Positions 42,487-53,033 of a stretch of DNA of 64,000 nucleotides are shown one piece after another. Within the stretch, counting starts at the first letter, position 1; each line of letters begins with the position of its first letter. The notes under the pieces were generated by a model. That model was not told the origin of the DNA. It saw nothing but the letters and a program-made list of their open reading frames with translations, and made no database searches. The translations under genes were made by a program, and so were the position numbers. Source of the stretch: Phapecoctavirus DIJ07P2; sequence record OZ035771.1; one strand, 5' to 3'.

Positions 42487-44730
42487 CTACATTTTACAGG
42501 CACTACACCCTTCGTCTTCAGAATCTTCTTGTGCTAAAGAATCTGCTGATTTTGTTCTACTGTTAAGATAATACAACGACTTGCCACCCAATCTAGCAAA
42601 ATTCAGAATAAACTGCATCTCGGCTTTCACTGATAAACGTCCACCTACCAATTTAGAATAATCTAGCCAAGAATCACAAGAAATTCCTTGGTCTGTAAAC
42701 TTGGTAAAGATACCATACATTTCTGCAAGGTCTTTAGCCGGAGTATCCCAGGCGGATTGGTAGAACATTTTCAGTTTTTCGTAGTCTGGAACAATAAATA
42801 ATACACTACCTTTCTGACTTTGTTTATACATAATAGTATCACGAACAGGGTACAGAGAGTTAGTAGTATTGCTTACCAAACTGCTGGACTCATTAGGTGC
42901 AATAGCAGCCAAGACACTATTACGGATACCACCTTGTTCAATGATTTCAGCACGTAAACCTTCCCAGTCCATTTTAAGATCAAAGTTACCGACACTATCT
43001 ACTGCTTTAGCATAGGTGTCAATCGGTAGCCAACCTTGAGGCCATTTGGTCTTATCGATCCATTCTGCATTACCTTTTTCCTTAGCCAGACGCAAAGAGG
43101 CTTTTGCCAACCAAAAGTAATGACGTTCTGCAAGTTCATGCATTAATTTTTTAGCATAATCATCTGAATAATTTACAAAATTACTTGCCAAGTAATGTGC
43201 TAAGTTTGTAATGCCTACACCAATAGATCTACGTGCTTTAGCAGTTATTTCGTTATGTTTAAATGGATAATCCATTGTTTCAATAACGTTGTCAATTGTC
43301 AATACAGTGTAGTATGCAACATCCTCATATTCTTCAGGTAATACACGACCAGCAACAATAGAAGATAAGAAACATAAAGCCAATTCTTGATCTTCTGTAT
43401 TTTCACCAGTAAAGAGATCCGGCATACTGTGAAAAGCTTTAGTTGGTAAGAAGATCTCTTGACACAGGTTTGATTGATACACCGTATCCAAGAAAGGTGT
43501 ATGGTTGTTAACGTTGTCAGCAAAGAACATGTAAATACGTCCTGTTTCTGCACGTTGAACAATAATCTCTGTCAGAAGATCACGAGCCTTAACAAATTTT
43601 TTCTTAATGCGACGTCGGCTTACTTTGTCATAAACTGCATCAAACTCTTCTTCACTTTTATACAAAGCTTCATAAAGTTCAGGAGCATCATCACAACTAA
43701 CTAACATCCAGTCTTCGTTTTTTGCTGCTCGACGCAAGAACGAACGGTTAACAACAATAGAATAATCCAGTTTGTCTACTCGTTTATCTATAGGTGTTGT
43801 TGGATTCTTCAGTCGAATCAGATCGTCGAAGTCTGGTTCAAGTATGGTAAAGGTAACTGTAGCACTACCTCCACGGCTTGCTTGCTTCGAAGCTCCAACA
43901 CTATCTTCCATCCATTTCAGATACGGAAGAAGACCACCGTGAATAATACGATTATTCTTAACACCTTGACCTGTGGCACGAGTTTGAAGATTAACACCAA
44001 TACCTGCGTTATTCAATGTATACTCATGAGCTAAGTAATTAGCAATGGCTAAAGATTCTGCCGTATCGTCTGCACGGAATAAACAACAAGACGCACTTCC
44101 TTTGATTGGAGTTCGTAGAGTCGTCAGATACGGCGATGGCAGATTAATCTTAAGATCGCTAACATAAGTATAAAGTTTTTTAATATCTTCTATACGGCGT
44201 TCTTTTGGTTGGATCTCCATAACCTTCATTGCGATACCAATGAAAAGAAACTGTGGAGACTCATGCACCACATCGTTTACTGCATCTCGAATAAGATATT
44301 TATCTACCATCTGACGTAAAACAGAATAACCATAAGTTAGATTTTTATTATGCTTTACAATCTTACCGATTTCTTTGATCTCTTCGTCAGTATAATCCAT
44401 TTTAGCCCAATGTCCACGTTCTACCATATCATGATAAAAGGTATTCAGTGAAGGGATACTGTGGTATCCCCCATGAGCCTGTTTGTAAATCATACCCAGA
44501 AGAAGTCTTCCTGCCATATCACTGTAAGCTTGTGTTTTCTTGTCAATACACGCTGCAATCATTGCTTTATGCAGATCACGTGTAGACACACCGTCATAAC
44601 ACCGCTTCACAGCTTCTAATTCAATTTCAGACCAGTTTAGTTTACCTGCTGCAAATTCAGACCACTTGCGAAGTTTTTCTGGATTAAACTCCTCTGTCTT
44701 ACCGTTAGATTTAGTTACAAAACGAATCAA
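42487..44730 (-). CDS. nrdA: ribonucleotide reductase large (alpha) subunit, class I
   Basis: 747 aa, NLCQEI catalytic region, C-terminal CSAC pair. Confidence 0.9.
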   Translation of the reverse strand: MIRFVTKSNGKTEEFNPEKLRKWSEFAAGKLNWSEIELEAVKRCYDGVSTRDLHKAMIAACIDKKTQAYSDMAGRLLLGMIYKQAHGGYHSIPSLNTFYHDMVERGHWAKMDYTDEEIKEIGKIVKHNKNLTYGYSVLRQMVDKYLIRDAVNDVVHESPQFLFIGIAMKVMEIQPKERRIEDIKKLYTYVSDLKINLPSPYLTTLRTPIKGSASCCLFRADDTAESLAIANYLAHEYTLNNAGIGVNLQTRATGQGVKNNRIIHGGLLPYLKWMEDSVGASKQASRGGSATVTFTILEPDFDDLIRLKNPTTPIDKRVDKLDYSIVVNRSFLRRAAKNEDWMLVSCDDAPELYEALYKSEEEFDAVYDKVSRRRIKKKFVKARDLLTEIIVQRAETGRIYMFFADNVNNHTPFLDTVYQSNLCQEIFLPTKAFHSMPDLFTGENTEDQELALCFLSSIVAGRVLPEEYEDVAYYTVLTIDNVIETMDYPFKHNEITAKARRSIGVGITNLAHYLASNFVNYSDDYAKKLMHELAERHYFWLAKASLRLAKEKGNAEWIDKTKWPQGWLPIDTYAKAVDSVGNFDLKMDWEGLRAEIIEQGGIRNSVLAAIAPNESSSLVSNTTNSLYPVRDTIMYKQSQKGSVLFIVPDYEKLKMFYQSAWDTPAKDLAEMYGIFTKFTDQGISCDSWLDYSKLVGGRLSVKAEMQFILNFARLGGKSLYYLNSRTKSADSLAQEDSEDEGCSACKM

Positions 44731-44746
44731 CTTCTCCTCCCTATTA

Positions 44747-45001
44747 TTAATGCATATTCAAAACATCTACATCATAACCGAACTTCATTTCATTAAAAAG
44801 TCCATTAGCATATAGAAAACCTTCAAAATGAGTTATGTCATCAAACCCTTTTGCTTTTGCTCGACGGTCTGCTTCTTGTCTTTTAGGAGATAAACGTTTT
44901 GAAGTGTCTAGAATTACAGTTACATTACAACCAACAGTTTCATCAAAATAGACTTCGATTTCACAGCCTTCATATTTATTATCAGTCATTGTCCCTCTCA
45001 T
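44747..45001 (-). CDS. hypothetical protein (84 aa)
   Basis: track ORF. Confidence 0.45.
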   Translation of the reverse strand: MRGTMTDNKYEGCEIEVYFDETVGCNVTVILDTSKRLSPKRQEADRRAKAKGFDDITHFEGFLYANGLFNEMKFGYDVDVLNMH

Positions 45002-45408
45002 TGATTAGCATCATCTGCTTTCGCAGGATCATAAGAGTTACCGAAATCATCCATCTTAATATGTGACGCACCCCAACCTGTAAATTCTTCATCACCAAAA
45101 TGAAAAATATCATTTTCTTGATAGATTCGTTTAAAACCACAATTAGGTGAAACAGGGAAAGTGAAAAGCGTTGTATTTGCAAACACTACTCGCTTATCGT
45201 TATTGCTTCGGATATTCACATTACGCTCAACAGAATAGTGTGAATCTTCAGCCATACCCAGCATTACAAGCGACGCTCTAATAATAGCATTTTGTTTCTC
45301 GTGTGGGATATTGCCATTGTGTTTATTTGATTCTAGTTTCCAGATAGGGGTAGACATTACAGTAGACATGCTTACGGTAGCCCAAGTTGTAGTATTTACT
45401 AATGACAT
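44998..45408 (-). CDS. hypothetical protein (136 aa)
   Basis: track ORF 44998..45441 trimmed to second ATG with AAGGAG RBS. Confidence 0.45.
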   Translation of the reverse strand: MSLVNTTTWATVSMSTVMSTPIWKLESNKHNGNIPHEKQNAIIRASLVMLGMAEDSHYSVERNVNIRSNNDKRVVFANTTLFTFPVSPNCGFKRIYQENDIFHFGDEEFTGWGASHIKMDDFGNSYDPAKADDANQ

Positions 45409-45507
45409 ATTTTCTCCTTCATTTTGAATGGGAGGACTCACCTCCTCCCAGTATTGTGCTATATTATACTAAAACTAATACTAAAGTCAATAACTATTTA
45501 AAACAGA

Positions 45508-46506
45508 TCACCATTTAGTATGATTTGTTAAAAGTTGACGATGTTGAATCCAGCCTTTGAAATTGCCAGACCAAAACTTACCATTACGATCTACATGGGT
45601 AATACCTGGCTCCCAAGAGTTAAAATCCCAGGGAGCATTGATAAACCAATCTTCAAAACAATTCTCTCCGTATTGTTCGCATGTTTCTTGCATTGGGGTG
45701 GCTTGATGTTCAAACGGAGAAGCATGAACCTTGCGCCCAGTCAGCAAACGACCATAGATATCTAAAGCTTTATCTTTAGTTGCATTTAAACGACGATAGC
45801 TAACCTGTGCACAACACGACGCTGAAATAGCTTTAGCTTCTTCCAAAGTAAGCATAACAACTTCTCCAGATTCGTCTTGAACACAGTATCCACCAAAAAC
45901 AAAATGATCATCACCTTCTGTGCCAATATTATCGTAGAAATGATCTACATAAGGTGTATGCCATTGTCCTGGTTCCAGCACTTCTGGTGTAGATTCTTCA
46001 TACTCTTTGTGCATCTCTTTAGCCAAAGCTTCGATAGTAGGATCAGCTTCTTTGTCATCACGTAGCCACCAGAAATTTTCATACTCTGTTGCTGTCAGAA
46101 CTGTTTTAATTCGTTGGAAAGGTTCCAGAAGACGGTTTGCAACTTGTTTGTGGTACCCTGCCAAAGAGAATTCTTCTGCGAAACGTGCTGCACTAAGCGC
46201 GGCAAGATCCCACCACTCTTGAGCAGTATAACCTGCATCAATAAGAGCGTCATGATCAACACCTTTATCCTGCATACCAGGTTGGTTAGCCCCAAAACGA
46301 TAAGGACGAGCAGGTTGATTTCGCACCATTTCAATCAGTGTTTTAACAGGTATAGCACGGCTAGAAGCAGCATTACGACTGAACAGGCGGTGAGTCATCA
46401 ATTCTGAATGAATAATACGTGGATATTCCAGTTCAAAAGTTACAATCTCTTTTCCGTCTTCAGTGATGGAATGCGCAATAATACTAGCCGAAATCTGTTT
46501 TGTCAT
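45508..46506 (-). CDS. thyX: flavin-dependent thymidylate synthase
   Basis: ELMTHRLFSRNAASSRAIP carries the RHRxxxxxS ThyX signature. Confidence 0.75.
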   Translation of the reverse strand: MTKQISASIIAHSITEDGKEIVTFELEYPRIIHSELMTHRLFSRNAASSRAIPVKTLIEMVRNQPARPYRFGANQPGMQDKGVDHDALIDAGYTAQEWWDLAALSAARFAEEFSLAGYHKQVANRLLEPFQRIKTVLTATEYENFWWLRDDKEADPTIEALAKEMHKEYEESTPEVLEPGQWHTPYVDHFYDNIGTEGDDHFVFGGYCVQDESGEVVMLTLEEAKAISASCCAQVSYRRLNATKDKALDIYGRLLTGRKVHASPFEHQATPMQETCEQYGENCFEDWFINAPWDFNSWEPGITHVDRNGKFWSGNFKGWIQHRQLLTNHTKW

Positions 46507-46515
46507 TTTTTCTCC

Positions 46516-47124
46516 TTAGTTTTTAAAATTGTTCAAAGTGTTAAAAACGTCCAAACATGTTAGCCACTGATCTTCTAAACCTGTGATCACAACATTTGGT
46601 TTTTTCTTTAGTTCTTCTAGATGGTTATCTTTATAAGGTGTATTAAAATATATTTTAACCACTTCATCTGGAAAATATAGTAGGTTATCAGCCCTGTCAT
46701 CTATTGCTATATCACAAGGCAATAAATATTTTTCTTTTGTAGCAAAAAAGCCGTTACCAGATCCTTTGCTAAAATCAATCGTATCTAATGTTCTTAAAAC
46801 ATGTTTATGCTTGGAACTCAAGTGACCACCTTTTGTCACACTTGCGATCAAAATATTGCTGCCTTTCCTTGAAACACACTTTAAGAAATCTGGCATACCT
46901 GTAACAAAACCCATTGTATCATAGAGATGAGGATTATCCAGGAATCCGTAAGGATCTATATTGAACTCCTCCCTGAAACCAGGGAAGTAGTTGGTAAGAT
47001 CGTAGTCTGCATTTTTTGTGAATGTGTCTATCTTAACACCAAGTCCACTAATCTTATTCAACCATTCTAACCAAGCAACATCTAATGGAGCCACAACTAA
47101 ATCCCAATCACATACGATCTGCAT
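46516..47124 (-). CDS. HAD-family hydrolase, putative 5'-deoxyribonucleotidase
   Basis: DxDxV motif (CDWDLV) near N-terminus and DD motif (IAIDDRADN). Confidence 0.5.
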   Translation of the reverse strand: MQIVCDWDLVVAPLDVAWLEWLNKISGLGVKIDTFTKNADYDLTNYFPGFREEFNIDPYGFLDNPHLYDTMGFVTGMPDFLKCVSRKGSNILIASVTKGGHLSSKHKHVLRTLDTIDFSKGSGNGFFATKEKYLLPCDIAIDDRADNLLYFPDEVVKIYFNTPYKDNHLEELKKKPNVVITGLEDQWLTCLDVFNTLNNFKN

Positions 47125-47160
47125 AAAACCTCCTCTCTCTTTTAGTATAGTTATCTTATA

Positions 47161-47736
47161 CTAACTTTCAATTTCCTGCAATAGGATTTTGACTATTTGT
47201 TTACGGCGTTTCGCTACTGTGCTTTCAGGTTCTATTTTACGCTTCTTCAACCAAGCTTTATCTTTCTTAGCTCTACACAAAGCTATCGCTTCTTTTTCAG
47301 CTTTCGCTTCTTCAAAAGATATACCTTGTTTGTCTGCATAAGCAAGAATAGAGTTGCACAATTTACAAACCATGCGCAAATCTTCTTCTTTCACATAGAT
47401 TAAACGGAAAACAAAAAGAGGAATATCATCAAAACATTGAAGTTGTTTTGCTGCGTGAATATGATCCACTTGGAAGTCTTTCATTCCTCCTCTATGTCCA
47501 CATATTTCGCACTCACAATTCCAAACTTGTTTTGGTTTTCCAGTTTTCTTGTCTATCATCACATTGCCGTCTTTATCTACTCGATCAACTTTAAAACGCC
47601 TTGCATTGATAACCTTAATTTTATTAGGGTGTCTCATCCATGCTTTTCTAAAACATCCCCTAAGATAAGTATAAAATTCAGCTTGTGTTTTCCAAGGTGT
47701 TCCTTCACCCCACATTATTTTTGGTTCACCTGCCAA
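47161..47736 (-). CDS. HNH endonuclease
   Basis: CECEICGHRGG...QVDHIHA...CKLCN. Confidence 0.7.
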   Translation of the reverse strand: MAGEPKIMWGEGTPWKTQAEFYTYLRGCFRKAWMRHPNKIKVINARRFKVDRVDKDGNVMIDKKTGKPKQVWNCECEICGHRGGMKDFQVDHIHAAKQLQCFDDIPLFVFRLIYVKEEDLRMVCKLCNSILAYADKQGISFEEAKAEKEAIALCRAKKDKAWLKKRKIEPESTVAKRRKQIVKILLQEIES

Positions 47737-47903
47737 TATTGCTCACCTTTTTAGCTGTATATTCCCCTGGTGGGATATTGTGTTTAAAAAACAAAAGGCG
47801 GTCTAACCCCGCCTTGCACATTGTTTCTGGAATAGTCAAAGTTAGTAAAAGTTTATCACCTTTTCGGTTGAATATTTTATAAACTTCTCCTGCTCCATAT
47901 TGT

Positions 47904-48305
47904 TTAGTATTGCTCGCCACTAATACGTTCCTTAAGTTGTTTAATAGCTTCAACTGCATCTACATAAGAAGAGTTATACATGTGTTTCAGTGCCACTCGG
48001 ATTAAAGGATCTTTTGTGAAGAAATCAATAAGAAGCATAGCTTGATCATGTTTAGCTGCATTTGTCATAGATGGATAATTTTCACGAACCATATACGTGC
48101 TATTTTGCATAAGGGTTCTTTCCAGTTCAATACAATGAATAGCTTTATCTAGGTTAATCTGACGTTCACCTTTAATACGTGTTGCGTATTTTGCCAATTT
48201 GCAAAAACAAGGTGTGCCACCAACCAAATAAGCTAGTTCAATAGGTTGCATTGCCATTTTTGTGTAGTGATCACCGTCAACCTGATTATCAAAAGCATTA
48301 GACAT
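47904..48305 (-). CDS. hypothetical protein (133 aa)
   Basis: track ORF. Confidence 0.45.
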   Translation of the reverse strand: MSNAFDNQVDGDHYTKMAMQPIELAYLVGGTPCFCKLAKYATRIKGERQINLDKAIHCIELERTLMQNSTYMVRENYPSMTNAAKHDQAMLLIDFFTKDPLIRVALKHMYNSSYVDAVEAIKQLKERISGEQY

Positions 48306-48570
48306 AATTTTCCTCCTGAATTCCTACTGCACCTTCTTCTGGGTAGTCTGCATAATAAGCTACCCTACCTTGATAGATAATATCACCATCGTCATTATAA
48401 ATTGCTGTATCTTCTTGGATTGTTATTTCAACGTCAAGAAGATCTGGATCTTTATTGATGGTATAGTTCAAACCTAACATTTCAAACAGTTCGAAAATTT
48501 CGTTACCTGTTAATGTAATGCTCATATTTCCTCCTTTTATTGTGGTTAGCAGAGTATACACTAATATCAA
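48298..48570 (-). CDS. hypothetical protein (90 aa)
   Basis: track ORF. Confidence 0.45.
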   Translation of the reverse strand: MILVYTLLTTIKGGNMSITLTGNEIFELFEMLGLNYTINKDPDLLDVEITIQEDTAIYNDDGDIIYQGRVAYYADYPEEGAVGIQEENYV

Positions 48571-48611
48571 ATTTTTGTCAATAAAAAAGGGAGCAAGAAG
48601 CTCCCTTATTA

Positions 48612-49571
48612 TTAGATTCCGATGATAGTTGCTGCTCGTTTATCCTTGGATCTGGTGTTTGCTCTACTACGTGACAAACCTCCGCAAGATTCACAACGAA
48701 TGATATCGAAAGAACTTACCGCAGTGTGGTATTGCTTACCAGTAACAACGTGAACGTGATCACTGCCACAACGAGAACAACGGACCTTCTCATCTGGATA
48801 ATAAGCGGATAAGTTAGGATGTTGTGGAATCCACGGAAGGATTTTCATATACAAATCACGGAGTGAAACAACATCACCATCATTGTAAATCTGCATACGT
48901 TCAAAAGCATCACGATCACCTTCACAACATGCTTTCCATAAAGGGAACCCCTCGTTATCCAGTTTTTCACTTTCTGTTTCGAAATATGCTCCCATTTCTT
49001 TAAGGGAGTTGGAAGGAAGTGCAAATTGTTTCTTAGCTGCCTTCAATGTATCAACAACTACATAGTTAGAAGGAGGAGCCATATCATGATATGCAAATCG
49101 TTGGTTAATATATGCACGGTCAAACTTGTATCCGTTGTGTGCCACAACTACATCTGCCTCATTTAGAAGGTTCCAAAGATCTTGGCAAAGCTCCCAATCA
49201 TCTGTATGATCAATATCAAAAAGAGGATAAGAAGATAAGTTCTTACCTTCCACTTCACCAGTATACAGGTCAGCAGAAGAGTAAGATAACAAATAACCCC
49301 TACGAATTACTTGATCTGGAGAAATGAAGGCTTTGAATCGACGGAAAGTATATGCAATCTCTGGTGCAGTTTCAACATCAATAATTTTAATAACTGGTTG
49401 TTTCTTTTTAACTGGCTCTTGTTTACTTGCTCCGAATCGTGCAAGGAAATCGTTCACTGTGCTTTTTCTTGTTGGACTACCTAAAACAATTGCTGCAATA
49501 TTGCGAGAAGACATACCCTCTGCACTCATACTAAGGATATCTGCTTTCTGCTCTTCTGTTAATCTGCTCAC
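48612..49571 (-). CDS. DnaQ-like 3'-5' exonuclease (DEDDy) with N-terminal HTH and C-terminal zinc ribbon
   Basis: Exo I IIDVETAP, Exo II VAHNGYKFD, Exo III YNDGD; CSRCGSD...CESCGG. Confidence 0.5.
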   Translation of the reverse strand: MSRLTEEQKADILSMSAEGMSSRNIAAIVLGSPTRKSTVNDFLARFGASKQEPVKKKQPVIKIIDVETAPEIAYTFRRFKAFISPDQVIRRGYLLSYSSADLYTGEVEGKNLSSYPLFDIDHTDDWELCQDLWNLLNEADVVVAHNGYKFDRAYINQRFAYHDMAPPSNYVVVDTLKAAKKQFALPSNSLKEMGAYFETESEKLDNEGFPLWKACCEGDRDAFERMQIYNDGDVVSLRDLYMKILPWIPQHPNLSAYYPDEKVRCSRCGSDHVHVVTGKQYHTAVSSFDIIRCESCGGLSRSRANTRSKDKRAATIIGI

Positions 49572-50257
49572 TCTTCCTCCTGTTGCGAGATGTATGACTG
49601 AAGCATACTCTCAAATGTTGTATCGTCATTATCCCAGCGTTTCATGTATACCAACTGGAAAATTGTTTCTATCCATTCGTCTGTTGTCATATGGACTTCT
49701 TCTCCATCCCAAGAAGTAAAATTAACACCATCTGGGAACCATGAGTAGTAAGTATCTTTAACTGTTTGGAAAAGCTCTGCTTGAGTTTTACAAGCTGAAA
49801 GAAGATTAAAACAAGTAATATCTCCAAACTTAATATCAAAATCTTGATAAGGTCGGATACTATCTGTTTTATCTCCCATTAGCATCTGATATGCTAACCA
49901 GTAACTGCCCCAACCTTTAACTTCTTTCTTTTTACCTTTATCTACGATCCATATATCGCCAATAGACTCGTCAATAAGAATTATATCTGGATTTTTAAAT
50001 ACTCCATCCTCTTTGTAGAAATTAAAAAGGATACTAGGAGTATGTAAACTATCTTTATCTATAGACACTACGATATAAGAAAATTTACCCGTCCTTTTAT
50101 AATCTTTATAACCTTGGAAACCATACTTCTCTAACTCATCATCAGCTTCTATTACAGTAACAACATCACCATTGTGGAACTCCACAAGATAATCTTTGGT
50201 TTCTGAAAGCTGAAGTGGTTTGATATCTAATCGTTCAGATTTATATTCTACAGGCAT
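49568..50257 (-). CDS. C-terminal part of an RNase H / 5'-3' exonuclease-like gene
   Basis: in-frame stop-free extension to ~50690 contains TIAAIDYDQIAFQAAS and GVIGVGKTF (H3TH-like); no canonical start in extension. Confidence 0.4.
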   Translation of the reverse strand: MPVEYKSERLDIKPLQLSETKDYLVEFHNGDVVTVIEADDELEKYGFQGYKDYKRTGKFSYIVVSIDKDSLHTPSILFNFYKEDGVFKNPDIILIDESIGDIWIVDKGKKKEVKGWGSYWLAYQMLMGDKTDSIRPYQDFDIKFGDITCFNLLSACKTQAELFQTVKDTYYSWFPDGVNFTSWDGEEVHMTTDEWIETIFQLVYMKRWDNDDTTFESMLQSYISQQEEE

Positions 50258-50698
50258 TTTGAAGGCGTGTCTGAAAGTTTTTCCTACGCCAATAACTCCG
50301 CAATATTTTTCTAAACGTAGATGTTTTAGAATACCTAAGACTTTTGTTTTAGCTGCTTGGAAGGTGTGTCCGATATCTTCTGGCGGGTATTGCTTATCAA
50401 TGATTTCGAACTCTTCCTTTGTGAAGGGACGTTTGTTTTTGGAGGCTCTTTCTGCATTTGTATCTCCTAGCCAACCTCCAATTTTAGTCTTGCTTTTACC
50501 CCAAAACTCTGTCTTATTTTTAAATTCCTTTTGAGCACCTGAAGGGATGTGCTTCGCAATGATTGTTCTTTTCTCTAATGCAGATGCTGCTTGGAAAGCG
50601 ATCTGATCATAATCAATTGCAGCTATTGTTTCTTCGTTGACATATAAATGAAGATCTTCAGGTTTAATTAAAATATAACCGCTAATATTTCCCCCTAA

Positions 50699-50908
50699 TT
50701 ATTCATCGTCATCCTCTGTTGAGAATGTTTTAGTATACGGACATTGACGACTTTTCGGGATTGCTATAACTTCATCTTGGTTAGCGTTAGAATAGTAGCA
50801 ATATTTTGTGTTGCCATTAACTTCAGAATCAGACAAGATTAAAGTAATTTGACCTGCTGCTACTGTGAAACTAAAAGCTAAAAGAACGACTGTCAGAATC
50901 TTTTTCAT
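50699..50908 (-). CDS. small secreted protein (signal peptide, two Cys)
   Basis: MKKILTVVLLAFSFTVAAGQ signal-peptide-like N-terminus; acidic C-terminus. Confidence 0.5.
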   Translation of the reverse strand: MKKILTVVLLAFSFTVAAGQITLILSDSEVNGNTKYCYYSNANQDEVIAIPKSRQCPYTKTFSTEDDDE

Positions 50909-50980
50909 AACGCCTCCTAAAAAGCCTACCTCATTAAGTAGGTAGGCATAATATCATAACTAATCCCGCAAGTCAAGAAC

Positions 50981-51859
50981 TTATTTAAGGATTGTTGCTT
51001 TGGTTAAATCTTCCATCAGACCTCGAATCTCATTGAAGCACAGAAGGACTGAAGCTTCAATACTACCTTCTTCGTCTGCAAAATATTTCGGAAAACGTAG
51101 TTTAGAAAGTTTAAACTCTTTATCCACTACAAAATCTACAACACCGTCATATTCAAGACCGATTGCAACAACATCTTTACCATCTTCTTTTAGTTCGACA
51201 GCTTTAGACTCGTATAGGGATTCTTTACTCCAAACAACAACGCCCTCGCTATCCTCCATTTTGATATAATTTCCGAGAGTAATACGATCTGCTTCGTGAT
51301 TCTCCAGCAATTCACCAAAACCTTTTACAATAGCTTCTTCGTGCACACTAAAACCTACCGAAGGGAAAGTCCCCAGAACGGAACGGAGGAAAGAAGTAAT
51401 CTCTTCTGCAACCTTTTTACTTCCATTAAGAACATAAAGAAGATTCGTAGTTTTATCCAAGACAACATAGTTAAAGAAATCTTCAGGTTCTGTTTCAGGC
51501 AATAGTGCAAATTCAATATCTTCCTTCATTGCTTTGACTACTTCTTTATCGACATAAAACTCTTTACCTTCGCTCTCCATGTCCTGACGCATTTCTTCTA
51601 GCCGTTCATTCAGAATACGTTTAACTTTCTTTTTATCTACCTTCTTCACAGATTGACCTACATTAAGCAGTTCAAGATCTGAGAACTCTTTTACAAATTT
51701 AGAGTCATCTTCGAAACGAACAAGACCGATAGTGTGTGACTGGGAGCCTTCTGCTGTTACAAATTCCAGAGGAATATCTGTAATGCTGTTAAGGGATGCT
51801 ACAGAAGCATTGTCACCAACAACCATAGGCAGAGCGGATTTAAAAGATTTTACAAACAT
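50981..51859 (-). CDS. hypothetical protein (292 aa)
   Basis: track ORF. Confidence 0.5.
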   Translation of the reverse strand: MFVKSFKSALPMVVGDNASVASLNSITDIPLEFVTAEGSQSHTIGLVRFEDDSKFVKEFSDLELLNVGQSVKKVDKKKVKRILNERLEEMRQDMESEGKEFYVDKEVVKAMKEDIEFALLPETEPEDFFNYVVLDKTTNLLYVLNGSKKVAEEITSFLRSVLGTFPSVGFSVHEEAIVKGFGELLENHEADRITLGNYIKMEDSEGVVVWSKESLYESKAVELKEDGKDVVAIGLEYDGVVDFVVDKEFKLSKLRFPKYFADEEGSIEASVLLCFNEIRGLMEDLTKATILK

Positions 51860-51915
51860 GTTTCCTCCTATTTAATACATCTCACATTACCGCCCGTAAA
51901 GGGCGGCTTACAACA

Positions 51916-52641
51916 TTACTTGTTAATAATACCTGCAATATTAGGTTTGACAAAGGTCGATGGTTTCATAATCTTACCTTTATCATCAAAGAACACATAC
52001 ACTTTCTGTTTTTCATTATAAACAGCATGAACACCAGTGTATGCCCCTTCTGGACGATTGGCATTTCGTTCTTCAATTGCAGCGCATTCTTGTGCAATGG
52101 CTGAATTGATATCCGAAGTTTTCCAAGTTTTCAGCAACTGTTGTTTAGTTGGATACTTGGAATCATTACTTTTCAATACCTCTTTAATAACTTTCTTTTC
52201 TGGATATTTTGAACGGATTAGAGTGTCACGAGACATACGCATAATACCAGCAGCCATTAGTGCCATTTGAACTGGCTCTGTAAATGTTTGTTCCAAAGCA
52301 TCGAAATCGGTATACACAGTTGGAGTAAAAACATCGCCTACAGCATAGTCCAAGAAATTCATCGTATGTTCTTCACCAAAGAACATGTAAGTCAGATAAC
52401 TGGATACTACAAAAATATCCGCTGCTGCATCCAAGAGTTCTACATGATCGTTTACTTTCGCGGCTGTTTCATACTCTTTAAGCTCTTCACGAACGAACCC
52501 GATTTGGGACATAAATAGCTCTTGAGTGAATTCAGGTTGTTCACCACCTCGTGCTTTGGCATTCCAATCAATTACGTGCTTTGCTGCATTTTTGAAAAAT
52601 TCAGTATCGAATTTAATATCTTTAAAAAAATTCTCGATCAT
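51916..52641 (-). CDS. hypothetical protein, possibly MazG-like NTP pyrophosphohydrolase
   Basis: REELKEYETAAKVNDHVELLDAAADI loosely resembles MazG acidic helix motifs. Confidence 0.35.
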   Translation of the reverse strand: MIENFFKDIKFDTEFFKNAAKHVIDWNAKARGGEQPEFTQELFMSQIGFVREELKEYETAAKVNDHVELLDAAADIFVVSSYLTYMFFGEEHTMNFLDYAVGDVFTPTVYTDFDALEQTFTEPVQMALMAAGIMRMSRDTLIRSKYPEKKVIKEVLKSNDSKYPTKQQLLKTWKTSDINSAIAQECAAIEERNANRPEGAYTGVHAVYNEKQKVYVFFDDKGKIMKPSTFVKPNIAGIINK

Positions 52642-52650
52642 TATAACTCC

Positions 52651-52911
52651 TTATTTAAAATAGCTTTCTAGAAAGTTGCTAATATTTACTACAGTCTCAC
52701 CCATGTAAATTCCTGCGAAACCGAAAACAAGCATACGTGGAATATTGAAATACCATTTATCCGCCGGAAAATATGCCAGAATTACAATAGCAATTGCTAT
52801 CAACATCATAAGAATTGTTGCTAAAATTATCATAAAAATGCCTCCAGGTATTTTGCACAATGATAAGCTAAGAAACAAGAAACTACCGCATACCCAACTC
52901 CAGACATACAT
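52651..52911 (-). CDS. small membrane protein (86 aa)
   Basis: three hydrophobic segments. Confidence 0.45.
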   Translation of the reverse strand: MYVWSWVCGSFLFLSLSLCKIPGGIFMIILATILMMLIAIAIVILAYFPADKWYFNIPRMLVFGFAGIYMGETVVNISNFLESYFK

Positions 52912-53033
52912 GAATCAATCGCAACACATATGGTTCTTTTCTTTGAATTCTTAGGAAAGTTTTCAGAAGCATTCATACAATAAAAAGAAAGCACACTGAA
53001 AACGATTAAAATGGCTAAGAACATTTTTCCTCC

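Noticed and set aside
52830-53024. 64-aa minus ORF overlapping the 52651-52911 membrane-protein gene (and the similar 59538-59735 ORF)
   Set aside because: Substantial overlap with better-supported neighbours and no independent RBS.
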